NCBI GenBank assembly: GCA_965214935.1
Contig: CBDCCS010000021.1
Span: forward strand, 224,001-288,000
DNA: 64,000 nucleotides
Source: Candidatus Velthaea sp.
GTDB taxonomy: Bacteria > Vulcanimicrobiota > Vulcanimicrobiia > Vulcanimicrobiales > Vulcanimicrobiaceae
Reading direction: 5' to 3'
Position 1 is the stretch's first letter. Each line of letters begins with the position of its first letter. Below are positions 49,170 through 59,143 of the stretch, piece after piece. The notes under the pieces are model-generated. The model had not been told where the DNA came from, did not search any database, and was given only the letters and a program-made list of their open reading frames with translations. Both the position numbers and the translations under genes were made by a program.

Positions 49170-50612
49170 TTAACCGACGGCGACGGCTTCCGGTGCATCG
49201 CCGGCGATGAGATCCGGCCGGTTGAGATCGAGCCCCGCGTACGGAATGGTTTCCGCGCCCGGAAACGCCTCGCGTAGTGCGGCACTGAACTTTTCCGTAT
49301 GACCGACAAGCACGACGAATGGGTCGGTCGCAATCGATTCCTGTGCGAAGCGGTGCACGTCGTCGACTCCGACCGCGCTTATGCGAGCGACATAGTGCTC
49401 GAGATCGGCAAGCGGTACGTCATATAACGCAAGTTCACCCAAGGTTCCGGCGATGCCGTCGATCGTTTCGATTCCGCGGTAAAAAGCACCGATGATCGTC
49501 TCTTTGCGCGTCGCGAGTTCGGCGGCATCGATCGGCGACCGGGCCAAACTTTGCAGCGTTTCGAGCATTACGCGCGTTGCTTCGGCCACCTTGGCGTGAT
49601 CGACGAGTGTCGATGCGAGAAACATCCCCGGTTCGCGGCGCGTGACGAGTTGAGCGCCGGCGCCGTACGAAAGTCCGCGTTTTACGCGAATCGCTTGATT
49701 GAGCCGACCGGAGTAGCCCGAGAGCACCGCCGTTGCAACGGTGCCGGCATAATAGTCGGGCGAACTGCGTGCGATTGCAACGCGGCCGGTAAGAATCGCG
49801 GTCCGGCCGGCATCCGGTTTGTCGATTGCAACGATTCGCGCGCGGGGCGCCGGCGCGGCCGGCGGAGCATGCACGTCGAGCGGCGTCGAGGGTGCGTGCC
49901 AATCGCCGAGCACCGACTCGACGAGCGCGAAAGCATCGGCGACGCTGATGTCGCCGCCGATGACGAGCAAAGCGTTATCGGGCCGGTACCAGCGCTCGTG
50001 AAAATAGGCAACGTTTGCGCGCGTTAGCGTGGCAAGCGTTTCGGCAGTGCCGGCCAGCGGATGCCCGTACGGCGATGCTGCGTAGGCGACTCGATTTGCG
50101 ACTAAGCGCGCAAGTGCGGATGGATTGCTGTACGTTAGTCCGAGATCGGAGATCGACTTCGTCCGCACGCGTTCCACTTCGGCCGGTGCAAAGGCCGGTT
50201 GCCGAATGACGTCGTCGAAGAGCGCGAAGGCTTGCCGAAATACCGGTGTCGTCGCGCTGACTCCGACTACCGACGCATCGTAGCCCGAACTCGCATCGAG
50301 CCGCGCTCCCAGCGCGTCGATGCGTTGCGCGATTTGCAGCGCACTCAACGTCGTTGTTCCGCTGGTCAGCAACGACGCGCACAACGCGCATAAGCCGGCC
50401 TCGTTTTCGGTTTCACGCGATCCGCCGGCGCGCAGGATGAGCTGCGCGGCAATTAACGGAACGCCCAGCGCTTTGGGCCCCGAACGCTGCGTAAAGGCAA
50501 CCACGCGCAATCCATTGGGCAACGTGCGTTCGCTCGAGACCGGCAAGATCGCGCTGCGCGGAATCCCCGGCGCCGGCGGCGCCGCGTAGACAACGATGTC
50601 GGGCTCGATCAT
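49170..50612 (-). CDS. M16 peptidase family subunit without HxxEH
   Basis: LPNGLRV, HP..G, Y.PDNA, IRVKRGLSY; no HxxEH. Confidence 0.88.
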   Translation of the reverse strand: MIEPDIVVYAAPPAPGIPRSAILPVSSERTLPNGLRVVAFTQRSGPKALGVPLIAAQLILRAGGSRETENEAGLCALCASLLTSGTTTLSALQIAQRIDALGARLDASSGYDASVVGVSATTPVFRQAFALFDDVIRQPAFAPAEVERVRTKSISDLGLTYSNPSALARLVANRVAYAASPYGHPLAGTAETLATLTRANVAYFHERWYRPDNALLVIGGDISVADAFALVESVLGDWHAPSTPLDVHAPPAAPAPRARIVAIDKPDAGRTAILTGRVAIARSSPDYYAGTVATAVLSGYSGRLNQAIRVKRGLSYGAGAQLVTRREPGMFLASTLVDHAKVAEATRVMLETLQSLARSPIDAAELATRKETIIGAFYRGIETIDGIAGTLGELALYDVPLADLEHYVARISAVGVDDVHRFAQESIATDPFVVLVGHTEKFSAALREAFPGAETIPYAGLDLNRPDLIAGDAPEAVAVG

Positions 50613-51904
50613 TCCGGTACGTATTCGACGACGGTGCGATTTTCGGGCCTGAAATAGGCGGCGGCTACGCGCTGAACGTCGGCCGCCGTAACGCTTTGAT
50701 AGCGCGCTAAATCGGTGTTGACGGCGTCGGGCGCGTTGCGTTCGACCGCCGAACGGACGAGCGACAGTGCGATGCCGTTATAGGTCTGCCGGCCGCGGAC
50801 GAACGAGCTGGCAATTTGCGTTTTCGCCCGGTCCAACTCTTCGGCGTTAACGGGTTCGGCTTGCAGGCGTTCGATCTCGAAGTCCAGCGCGGCCCGCGCA
50901 TCGGCAATGTGTTTGCCGCGGCTCAAAATAGCGGAGAACTCGAAGAGTCCGGGCGCTTCGCGCAAATCGGCGCGGGCGTACGCGCTTGTTGCGATCTGCT
51001 TTCCATACACGAGCGACTGATACAGCCGCGAACTCTTTCCCGCGCCGAGCAGCGTTTCGGCAAGATCGAGCGGTGCGGCGTCGGGATGGCTCGCGGCCGG
51101 TATGTGATAGGCGTAATCGAGCGCCGGCAGCGGAACGTTCGCCGCGCTATACGTAATGCTGCGTTCGGCGCTCTGCGGCGGTTCGACGATCGTTACCCGC
51201 GGCACGCTGCCGGCCGGCGTGGCGATCGCGCCGAAATATGCATCGATCCAGCCGTTGGTTCGATCGAGGTCGAGATCGCCGACCACCACCAGCACGGCGT
51301 TATCGGGCCGGTAATAGGTCGCGTGAAAGTCGACCACGTCGTCGAGCGTCGCCGCATTGAGATTGTCGGGATCGCCGATCACCCCGCGCTTGTACGGATG
51401 AACGCTGAACGCTTCGCGATTGACGATCTCGTCAAGCATGCCGTACGGCTCGGCTAAAATGCGCGCGTCGTATTCGCCGATCACCACTTCACGCTCGGTG
51501 ACGAAATGCGCTTGGGTGATGCGCAGCGATGCCAAGCGGTCGGCCTCGGCCCATAACAGCGTCTCGAGGTGATTGGACGGAACGACTTCATAATAGTTGG
51601 TGATGTCTTCGGCGGTAAAGGCGTTGTTGTAACCGCCGACGTCTTCGGTCAGCCGGTCCATCGTCTCGGGCGCCGTGTTGGCCGTCCCCTTGAACATGAG
51701 ATGCTCGAAAAGATGCGCAAAACCCGAACGGCCGGGCGGATCGTCTTTGCCGCCGACCCGATAACCGACGTTGATTGCAACGAACGGCGAGCGATGGTCC
51801 TCGACGAGCAGCACGCGCAACCCGTTAGGCAGGGTACGGTCGGTGAAATCAACCGGCGCGAGTGCAATCGCGGGTGCCGCCGGGGACCAAACGGACTGAG
51901 TCAT
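50609..51904 (-). CDS. M16 zinc peptidase (catalytic subunit)
   Basis: GFAHLFEHLMFKG, NAFT, E..R, ERE.V..E. Confidence 0.92.
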   Translation of the reverse strand: MTQSVWSPAAPAIALAPVDFTDRTLPNGLRVLLVEDHRSPFVAINVGYRVGGKDDPPGRSGFAHLFEHLMFKGTANTAPETMDRLTEDVGGYNNAFTAEDITNYYEVVPSNHLETLLWAEADRLASLRITQAHFVTEREVVIGEYDARILAEPYGMLDEIVNREAFSVHPYKRGVIGDPDNLNAATLDDVVDFHATYYRPDNAVLVVVGDLDLDRTNGWIDAYFGAIATPAGSVPRVTIVEPPQSAERSITYSAANVPLPALDYAYHIPAASHPDAAPLDLAETLLGAGKSSRLYQSLVYGKQIATSAYARADLREAPGLFEFSAILSRGKHIADARAALDFEIERLQAEPVNAEELDRAKTQIASSFVRGRQTYNGIALSLVRSAVERNAPDAVNTDLARYQSVTAADVQRVAAAYFRPENRTVVEYVPE

Positions 51905-52059
51905 TTCCACATCACGGACAAGAACAAAGTCTTCCTCGATTGCGCCCGGGCCGCTCCATATCTTGCCGCTAGAGGGGTGCAAGCGATGAAGTTCGGTTAA
52001 GACGACGCGGGCAACGCGCCGGTGCCCGATCGTACGGCAAACGAACCTGGAAAGCAGCA

Positions 52060-52088
52060 TTGACATCGAACATACGTTCGATTATGCT
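52060..52088 (+). promoter_or_regulatory. Sigma70 promoter TTGACA-17-TATGCT with LexA box CGAAC-ATAC-GTTCG in spacer
   Basis: Direct match to Gram-positive LexA consensus GAAC-N4-GTTC, upstream of imuA-like gene. Confidence 0.9.
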
Positions 52089-52096
52089 TCTGCCCC

Positions 52097-52870
52097 ATGG
52101 CCGCATCACCCGCCTTCGCCGACCTTCGGTCACAACTCGATCATCGCTTTCGCGACACGACCGGAGCTGCGTTTATCCCGGCCGGTGAACGCCTGCTCGT
52201 CAGCGGCATCACCGAACTCGACCGTGTTTTAGGCGGCGGCTTGCCGTGCGGAACGATTGCAACTGTGGAAGGGCAGCGCAGTTCGGGACGGCTTGCCATC
52301 GCCGCCCGGCTTTTAGCGGTAGCGACCCAAGCCGGGCTAGCGGCCATTGTCGGAATTCCGGCGTTTCCTCCGGCGCTGGCTGCGGCCGGAGTCGTACTCG
52401 AACGCCTGCTGGTCGTAACGGCGACATGTCCGGTCGAAGTCGCGCGCGCAGCGGATATTCTTTTGCGATCCGGAGCGTTTGCCGTCGTCGTCATACCGGC
52501 GTTGCCGAGCGGTCCGCGAACGGGCTCGGCCACCTGGACGCGGCTCACGAGTTTAGCGCATCGTGCCAACGCGGTTTTGTTCGCGGTCGGGACGAGCGCT
52601 TCGAGCGAATTGCGTTACTTTGCTTCGGTGCGCATTGAAACAACGATCGAACGTATCCGCTGGAACGGACCTTCGGGACATTTCGCCGAGTTGGCAGGCT
52701 ACGACGTCCGAGCAACGATTCGAAAGCATAAGCGCGCGGCACCCGGTGCCAGCGCGCTTATTTCGTGCCTGCCGTTCGAGAATCGCGCCCCGCTTGTCGC
52801 AATTCGCGAATGCATGTTTGCGACGGCACCGGCCGTGCCGTCGCGGGCCCGCCTAACGGCGGCGAGTTAG
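52097..52870 (+). CDS. ImuA/RecA-like protein of SOS mutagenesis cassette
   Basis: SGI.ELD.VLGGGLP.G, degenerate Walker A G..SSGR, PPALA.AG..LERLL, LLRSGAF. Confidence 0.75.
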   Translation: MAASPAFADLRSQLDHRFRDTTGAAFIPAGERLLVSGITELDRVLGGGLPCGTIATVEGQRSSGRLAIAARLLAVATQAGLAAIVGIPAFPPALAAAGVVLERLLVVTATCPVEVARAADILLRSGAFAVVVIPALPSGPRTGSATWTRLTSLAHRANAVLFAVGTSASSELRYFASVRIETTIERIRWNGPSGHFAELAGYDVRATIRKHKRAAPGASALISCLPFENRAPLVAIRECMFATAPAVPSRARLTAAS

Positions 52871-52980
52871 AGCAGTCCGATGAATTTACTTGTGATGCGG
52901 CCGTTCGCTGATTCGGTGTAATCGAACATTTCGGTAGCGAACCGGAGCAGCGATCGGAACTTCGTCGTGATCGATTGCAT
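52867..52980 (-). CDS. 37-aa small protein, not in ORF track
   Basis: GGAGG-8nt-ATG; MQSITTKFRSLLRFATEMFDYTESANGRITSKFIGLL; own promoter upstream. Confidence 0.7.
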   Translation of the reverse strand: MQSITTKFRSLLRFATEMFDYTESANGRITSKFIGLL

Positions 52981-53033
52981 TCGCGATGCCTCCAGAAAAG
53001 CCGATACGCGTAAGTCGCGTACGGCGTAAGGTG

Positions 53034-53061
53034 ATTATAGTCTATCGGGCGCGGTCGTCAA
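53034..53061 (-). promoter_or_regulatory. Sigma70-type promoter TTGACG-16-TATAAT for the 37-aa gene
   Basis: Minus strand TTGACG ACCGCGCCCGATAGAC TATAAT, followed by hairpin 53000-53025 and SD. Confidence 0.7.
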
Positions 53062-53335
53062 TTGCATCGGCCTTTTTGATAAAAATTTAACCAAACGTTG
53101 AGAAAGCAGTCGGCCCGGAACTTGTCTAGCGAGGTTATGAATAGCTTAAACTCTCGGACGCAGTACGTACATCTCCCGCAATACGGACACGGGAAGTTCG
53201 ACGTGCAAGCACCGCCGCATACCGCTACGATGCTCGCGAGCAAGACCATCGACAGGCTTCGGACTTGTTTAGACGAGTTCGGTCATAGCGGCGTTTTATC
53301 AAACCGGAATACGCTCGGGACATCATGGCACCGCA

Positions 53336-53364
53336 TTGACATCGAACGTATGTTCGATTAGGAT
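53336..53364 (+). promoter_or_regulatory. Sigma70 promoter TTGACA-17-TAGGAT with LexA box CGAAC-GTAT-GTTCG in spacer
   Basis: Same architecture as the 52060 promoter, upstream of imuB-like gene. Confidence 0.9.
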
Positions 53365-53373
53365 GATGGTCCT

Positions 53374-54861
53374 ATGGCGATCGTCTGCGTTCTCGTCCCG
53401 GCATTTCGGCTGGGTGTCGCCCGGCTGGCCGATCCGGCCGTTCCGGTCGACGGGCCCGTTCTCGTCGCCGATAAAATCGAGCGCGGCCGCGTCGTCGAAT
53501 GTTCGCCGGTTGCCGCAGCACTCGGCGCGCGACCCGGAATGACGCTCGTCCAAGCGCAAGCCGCAGCCCGCGATGCGCGCGTCGTCGTCGACGATCCGCG
53601 CCGTGACGTCGAGGTTTGGCAGGCAATGCTCGATGCGCTCGATGCCGCCTCACCGCTTATCGACGATGCCGGGCTCGGCTGCGCGTTTTTAGAGATGCAG
53701 GGAATCACCGGCGGCACCGCGGGCTGGCTGGCAGCCGTGCGCAGTGCGCTGGCCGGCTTCGATCTACCGCTGCGCTTGGGCTTGGCGGCGAATCCATTTG
53801 TTGCCCGAGCAGCGGCCCTCGTGCATGACGGTGCGACGATCGATGCGGCGGAAGCCGCTGCGTTTCTCGCGCCGTTACCGCTCGAAACACTCGAGCTCGA
53901 TCCAGCGACGATCGAACGGCTCGTAATTTTAGGCGTTCGTACGTTAGGTGAACTTGCCGCGTTGCCGCATGGGCCTTTCGTGCGCCGCTTCGGCACGCCG
54001 GCCGCGCTGTGGCACGACCGCGCGCGCGGTATCGATCCGCGGCCGCTGCGGCCGCGCACCCATGCCGTGCGGATCGATCGGACGCTCTACGGCGAAGGGA
54101 CGGCGACAACGGAGGAACAGGTGCTCTTCGCGCTGCGCACCCTAGTCGGCCGAGTTGTCGACGATCTGGGTCTGGCGGGGAAGCGGTGCGGTGCCTTGCT
54201 GCTGAGTTTAGAGTGTGAAGACGGCGACGTGCATGAAATAGCGACGCGCGTCGCTCAACCAACCGCGCAACCGGCGACGTTGTTCGAGTTGCTTCGTGCG
54301 CGCTTAGACGGCGTTGTTTTGCGCTCGCCGGTCAGCGGGCTACGGTTAGGGGCGCAACAATTAGAAGACGGCGGCGTGCAGATCGCGCTATTCTCGGGCA
54401 GCGACCCCGACCCCGACGCTCTCGGCATCGCGCTGGCGCGGCTCGATGCGGCACTGGGCGAACATCACGCGATGCGGGCGCGCGTTACCGACGGAGCCCG
54501 GATCGAGCAACGCTTCGCCCTCGAAACGTTCAGTCTCGAACCGCTCGTTAGCCGAACGTGGCCCGGCACGCCGGAGGTATCGGCGTTACCGGCCTCGGCC
54601 ACGATGCAATTCCGGCCGATTGAACCGGTACCGATCAGCGTCGGCTTGGGCGCCGGTTTGCCGCGCTTCGTCGGTTCGCCGCCGCAGCCGGTGCTCGACG
54701 TTGCCGGTCCGTGGCGCGTAAACGAAGGCTGGTGGACGCGTGCGACCGGCGGCGGCACACCGCTCGTGCGCGATGAATACGACGTGCTGCTCGCCGACGG
54801 CGCGCTGCTCCGTATCGCCCGCGAAGGCACCGCCTGGAGCATGCGCGGCGTGTATGATTGA
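53374..54861 (+). CDS. ImuB-like inactive Y-family polymerase
   Basis: A...G.RPGMTL.QA, FLAPLPL..L, LGVRTLGELAALP, RRFG, internal QIALF clamp-like motif, C-terminal GPWR...WW...RD.Y...W...GVYD. Confidence 0.85.
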   Translation: MAIVCVLVPAFRLGVARLADPAVPVDGPVLVADKIERGRVVECSPVAAALGARPGMTLVQAQAAARDARVVVDDPRRDVEVWQAMLDALDAASPLIDDAGLGCAFLEMQGITGGTAGWLAAVRSALAGFDLPLRLGLAANPFVARAAALVHDGATIDAAEAAAFLAPLPLETLELDPATIERLVILGVRTLGELAALPHGPFVRRFGTPAALWHDRARGIDPRPLRPRTHAVRIDRTLYGEGTATTEEQVLFALRTLVGRVVDDLGLAGKRCGALLLSLECEDGDVHEIATRVAQPTAQPATLFELLRARLDGVVLRSPVSGLRLGAQQLEDGGVQIALFSGSDPDPDALGIALARLDAALGEHHAMRARVTDGARIEQRFALETFSLEPLVSRTWPGTPEVSALPASATMQFRPIEPVPISVGLGAGLPRFVGSPPQPVLDVAGPWRVNEGWWTRATGGGTPLVRDEYDVLLADGALLRIAREGTAWSMRGVYD

Positions 54862-54865
54862 CGGA

Positions 54866-56398
54866 CTAGGCCGGGACCCGGTCGATCCGGCCGTCGAGAC
54901 GTCGCGCAGTGAATCCGATCAGGCAACCGCTCTCGAATAGTGCCAGCAGCGTTGCTCCGATCAGCCCCGTTTGTAACGCACGAAAGACACCCGAAACGAG
55001 ATAGACGCTCACGGGTGGAACCAATAAAAGCAGCGCTGTAAAGGAACGCAGCGCGACGATCGGACCGCGCTGATCGGCGACATTGGGAAACAGCGCGAAA
55101 GCAGCAAAGCCGGTCGCCGTGATAAGCATGATGAGCGCCGGTAAACCGAGCTCGAAAAGCATGATGCGATCGAGCGATCCGCCGCCGAGCGCAAAACCTG
55201 CGCCCAGGAGCATCGACGCAAGCGCGCGTTGCCAAATTTGGCTGAATGCAAATCCGCATAAGCGCGCAAACAACGTATCCGGGGCAAGCCAAAATAACGG
55301 ACGCCGTAATTCGATTGCAAGGCGGAGCGCAACCTGCGAGCCGCTCAAAACCAACAGGTTCGCCGCTAATCCCAAGGCGGCGAAGAAGATATCGTCGTGC
55401 GACCGGAACTGGCGTGCAGCCGCAACTCCAAGGATCACGAGCCCAAATGCGCCCGCGGCGGCATAGGCGGGTCGAACGGCGCGCCGGAATTCAACCGCCG
55501 ACTTCCACACGAATGCCAGCGCGCCCGGCGCGGGAATCGCGATTGCCGGTCGGCGCATAGCGCCGGTACCCCGTGCAGCCGGGCGACGTGCGAATTCACG
55601 TAATTCCAAGCGTGCAACGGCAAAGGCATAGAATTCCGGGTACGCATCGCGTCCGGCGACGGCGAGTGCAACAACTCCGCCAATCGCACTTGCCGCGACA
55701 CCGGCAAAGGCCCGCGGATCGGGTGAAAGCAGGATGCTGCCGGGATGCCAGGGCGGGATCACTGTGACGATCCACCTTGCCGGCGCGGCCGGAACGAACG
55801 CCGGCAACTGCACGACGAGATCGCGCACCATCGGCGCCGCGGCAGCAAGAGCGACCGGAATGCCGGCAATCGCGCCGACAAGACCCGCGCACATCCCAAG
55901 CAGCCGGCGCAAAACAGCGAGCGTCGCCCCGGCGATAAAGAGAACGATGCCCAGCGCGAGATCGGCGCATGCCGCCGACAGTCCGAGGCTGCGCGGCGCT
56001 AAAATGAAAACGACATAGACAAAGACGAATGAATATCGCAACGCCGCGCTGAGCGCTTCGCGTACTTGCAGATACGCAATGGCGACCGGCGCTCGAACCG
56101 GCGAACCGATGATGAACCGCGCTTCAACGCGCGTCCGGAAAAGGGCGATCGCGGGCCGGCCGGAGATCAGCGAATAGATAAACGTCACGAGCACCGAGCA
56201 CACGACATAATCCGCGCCTGCCGCGAGGCGCGTTGAATCAGCCGAACGGCCGACGAAAGCCCGGCTAACCGATAAGATCACCACGCTTAGCGCGTACAAG
56301 AACCACAATGCGGTGCGGCCCGGCGACCGCAGGATGCGGCGTACATTCGTGCGCAGCGCACACCAGTCGGCGAACGTCAGGGCCGCAATGTCCCTCAT
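54866..56398 (-). CDS. Putative ABC exporter membrane protein
   Basis: Many TM segments; coupled to upstream ABC ATPase. Confidence 0.7.
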   Translation of the reverse strand: MRDIAALTFADWCALRTNVRRILRSPGRTALWFLYALSVVILSVSRAFVGRSADSTRLAAGADYVVCSVLVTFIYSLISGRPAIALFRTRVEARFIIGSPVRAPVAIAYLQVREALSAALRYSFVFVYVVFILAPRSLGLSAACADLALGIVLFIAGATLAVLRRLLGMCAGLVGAIAGIPVALAAAAPMVRDLVVQLPAFVPAAPARWIVTVIPPWHPGSILLSPDPRAFAGVAASAIGGVVALAVAGRDAYPEFYAFAVARLELREFARRPAARGTGAMRRPAIAIPAPGALAFVWKSAVEFRRAVRPAYAAAGAFGLVILGVAAARQFRSHDDIFFAALGLAANLLVLSGSQVALRLAIELRRPLFWLAPDTLFARLCGFAFSQIWQRALASMLLGAGFALGGGSLDRIMLFELGLPALIMLITATGFAAFALFPNVADQRGPIVALRSFTALLLLVPPVSVYLVSGVFRALQTGLIGATLLALFESGCLIGFTARRLDGRIDRVPA

Positions 56399-57123
56399 TG
56401 CATGTAGCGGATCGCACGCGTTAAGTCGAGGAACACATCTTCGAGCGTGCCGCTTCCCAAGGAGCGAATCTCGGCAATCGTCCCGCTGGCAACATTACGG
56501 CCGTCGTTGACGATGACGACGCGATCGCAAAGCGACTCGGCGGCTTCAAGTTGATGGGTGCTAAGCATGATGGCCGCGCCGCCGGCCCGCAATTCGCGCA
56601 ATAGCGCTCGTAGCTCGTGCTGTCCGAGCGGATCGAGCCCGATCATCGGCTCATCGAGCAGGAGGACCGGTGCACCGGCTAAGAGCGTTGCGGCAATTAA
56701 TGTTTTCTGCCGCATCCCTTTCGAGAGTTCGCTGCCGAGCGCAGACCGGGCGTCATCTAATTCAAAGCGCTCGAGCAATGCTCGGGCTTGCATTTCCCAG
56801 CCCGTTGCAAGCCGGCACAGACGCGCAACGAAACCGAGATGTTCCCAGACGGTCAATAGCGGATAGACGTCGGGCGTCTCGGGAACGAGCGAGATGAGGC
56901 GGCTGCGCTCCGGGCCGACAAGCGCACCGCGAAATCGAACGCTGCCGCCGTCGGCCCGCAGCAACCCGCTCAAAATCCCGAATGCCGTCGACTTGCCCGC
57001 GCCGTTCGGACCGATAAGCCCGACGATTTCGCCGACGTCGAGTGTAAACGAAAGATCGTGCAATGCCACTTTACGGTCGAACCGTTTCGCGAGATGGTCG
57101 ACGACAAGGGCGGCTTCGGGCAT
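56395..57123 (-). CDS. ABC transporter ATP-binding protein
   Basis: GPNGAGKST, LSKGMRQK, LDEP, STH. Confidence 0.93.
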   Translation of the reverse strand: MPEAALVVDHLAKRFDRKVALHDLSFTLDVGEIVGLIGPNGAGKSTAFGILSGLLRADGGSVRFRGALVGPERSRLISLVPETPDVYPLLTVWEHLGFVARLCRLATGWEMQARALLERFELDDARSALGSELSKGMRQKTLIAATLLAGAPVLLLDEPMIGLDPLGQHELRALLRELRAGGAAIMLSTHQLEAAESLCDRVVIVNDGRNVASGTIAEIRSLGSGTLEDVFLDLTRAIRYMQ

Positions 57124-57191
57124 TGTGGGCGGATTCCGGTGCGGGGACGCCGGTTCTTCTTCGGCTTACCGTGCGCGGAACCGGCGATGCG

Positions 57192-58004
57192 ATGCCGGAA
57201 AGCTCCGCGGTGCTCATCGCTCAGATTACCGATACGCATATCACCGTCGACGGGCGACAAGCACGCGATCTGGCCCGCATTTTCGCCGAACTCAATGGGC
57301 GCGATCCGCGTCCGGATCTTATACTGCTCAGTGGAGACACGGTCGACTCAGGCCGCGTCGAGCAATATCGCGCCCTGCGCGATCTCATCGCGCAAAGCGC
57401 GATCGAGGTGTTCGTCGTACCCGGCAATCACGACCGGCTTCCGGCGCTGTTGGCAACGCTTGTCGCCAAACAGTATCCGCGCCTTACCGCCGGCTCGATG
57501 AATTACGTGCTCGACGACTTTCCGGTCCGCATCATTGCGCTCGACACGACCGCGCCGGGCCGGCCGGGCGGTATTTTGGACGACGCGCGACTCGGATGGC
57601 TCGACCGCCGTTTAATCGAAGCGCCGGGACGGCCGGTGTTGATCTTCATGCACCATCCACCGTTTCGGACCGGCGTAAATTTAGCCGACCTTTTCGGTTT
57701 TGCCGGGGCGCGCCGTTTCGCTGCGCTGCTCGAGCGTCAGCCGAACGTTCGGCGGGTTGTTGCCGGCCACGTTCACTGCCGGCGAAGCACGATCATCGGT
57801 ACGACGCTCGTGACGACGGCAATCAGTACGACGCCGCAATACGTACCCGAAGTATTCGAGCGCCGCTTGATCGGCATGCGCCCGGAGCCGGCGGGTTTCA
57901 CCTTGCATGCCTGGCAAAGCACCGAGTTCAGAAGCACGACGTACATCGCAGACGAAGCCGGTGACTTCATCGCCGCGCCAGACGCCATCACTGCGCATAG
58001 CTGA
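57192..58004 (+). CDS. Metallophosphoesterase, CpdA/Icc-like phosphodiesterase
   Basis: DTH, GD..D, GNHD, HHPP, GHVH motifs. Confidence 0.9.
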   Translation: MPESSAVLIAQITDTHITVDGRQARDLARIFAELNGRDPRPDLILLSGDTVDSGRVEQYRALRDLIAQSAIEVFVVPGNHDRLPALLATLVAKQYPRLTAGSMNYVLDDFPVRIIALDTTAPGRPGGILDDARLGWLDRRLIEAPGRPVLIFMHHPPFRTGVNLADLFGFAGARRFAALLERQPNVRRVVAGHVHCRRSTIIGTTLVTTAISTTPQYVPEVFERRLIGMRPEPAGFTLHAWQSTEFRSTTYIADEAGDFIAAPDAITAHS

Positions 58005-58151
58005 ACGAATGAACGGCGCGCGTTGCAACAGGCGAACCTCATGCGAGCCGTAGCCGCCTTGATCGAGAACGGCTTCGACTCGACCTAACGCTCTGGCAGC
58101 CCGGCGGATCGGCCGACGTTCATCTCTACCGCTACAAAGCGGTCGGAGCTC

Positions 58152-59126
58152 TCAGGCCAAATACGGCTCGTCCGGAACAACCGGCGCGAGAATGTCATCC
58201 ATGCGCGCAAAAATAGCCGGATCGACGTTGAGTACGGCCGCCGCCGCGTTATCGTCGATTTGCTCGGGCCGGGTGGCCCCGACGATCACCGCTGAAACGA
58301 CTTCATCGCGCAAACACCAAGCTAAAGCCAACTGCGCAAGCGAGCAACCCGCTTCGCTCGCCAGCGGCAAAAGCTTCTGCACCGCATCGAGCACCGGTTG
58401 CTCGAAATAGCGATCCATCATATCGGCTGACGGACCGGCAGCGCGCGTTCCGGCCGGCGGCCGCTTGGCGTCGGTATACTTACCGGTAAGAATTCCCATT
58501 GCCAGCGGTGACCATACGACGTTACCGACACCATAGTCACGGCAGGTCGGCAGAACGCGCGACTCGATGCGGCGCCACAAAGCGCTATATTGCGGCTGAT
58601 TGCTTACCGGCTCCGCCCAGCCGCGAGCCCGGCAAAGATCCACGGCAGCACTAATTTGATCGGCCGTCCATTCGGACACGCCCCAGTATAAGATCTTACC
58701 GGCGCGTACGAGGTCGTTCATGGCAGCACACGTTTCATCGAGCGGTGTCCGTACGTCATAGCGATGGCATTGATAGAGGTCGATATACGACGTTCCGAGC
58801 CGCGCGAGACTGCGATCGATCTGCTCGCGAATGTGTTTGCGCGATAAACCCCGGTCGTTCGGGCCGTCGCCCATAGGAAAGAATACTTTCGTCGCCAGTA
58901 CGATGTCATCGCGATCGATTTGAGCGATCGCGCGACCGACGACTTCCTCGGCCCGGCCGCGCGCGTACACGTTCGCTGTGTCGAAAAAATTAATGCCGCA
59001 GTCGAAAGCACGTGCGATACAAGCACGTGCCGAAGCTTCTTCAACGGCCCCGCCGTACGTAAGCCACGAACCTAAACCGATAACCGATACATTGACGCCC
59101 CAGCGTCCGAGTTTCCGATAACGCAT
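58152..59126 (-). CDS. Aldo/keto reductase (Kv-beta-like)
   Basis: GLGSW, DTANVY, ATK, SL.RL.T.YIDLYQCH, GVSEW, WSPL. Confidence 0.93.
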   Translation of the reverse strand: MRYRKLGRWGVNVSVIGLGSWLTYGGAVEEASARACIARAFDCGINFFDTANVYARGRAEEVVGRAIAQIDRDDIVLATKVFFPMGDGPNDRGLSRKHIREQIDRSLARLGTSYIDLYQCHRYDVRTPLDETCAAMNDLVRAGKILYWGVSEWTADQISAAVDLCRARGWAEPVSNQPQYSALWRRIESRVLPTCRDYGVGNVVWSPLAMGILTGKYTDAKRPPAGTRAAGPSADMMDRYFEQPVLDAVQKLLPLASEAGCSLAQLALAWCLRDEVVSAVIVGATRPEQIDDNAAAAVLNVDPAIFARMDDILAPVVPDEPYLA

Positions 59127-59143
59127 GACCGACGGCGTTCGGC

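Noticed and set aside
49170..51904. Tandem M16 pair with one subunit lacking HxxEH
   Set aside because: Well-known heterodimeric M16B arrangement; not novel
52921..52934. Possible third LexA box ATCGAACATTTCGG
   Set aside because: Half-site spacing is wrong and it lies inside the 37-aa ORF
53098..53361. 87-aa plus-strand ORF between imuA and imuB
   Set aside because: Runs through the imuB promoter and LexA box, SD spacing is poor, and it has no recognisable features
58023..58088. 21-codon plus-strand ORF after the cpdA-like gene
   Set aside because: Too short, with no SD or motif support
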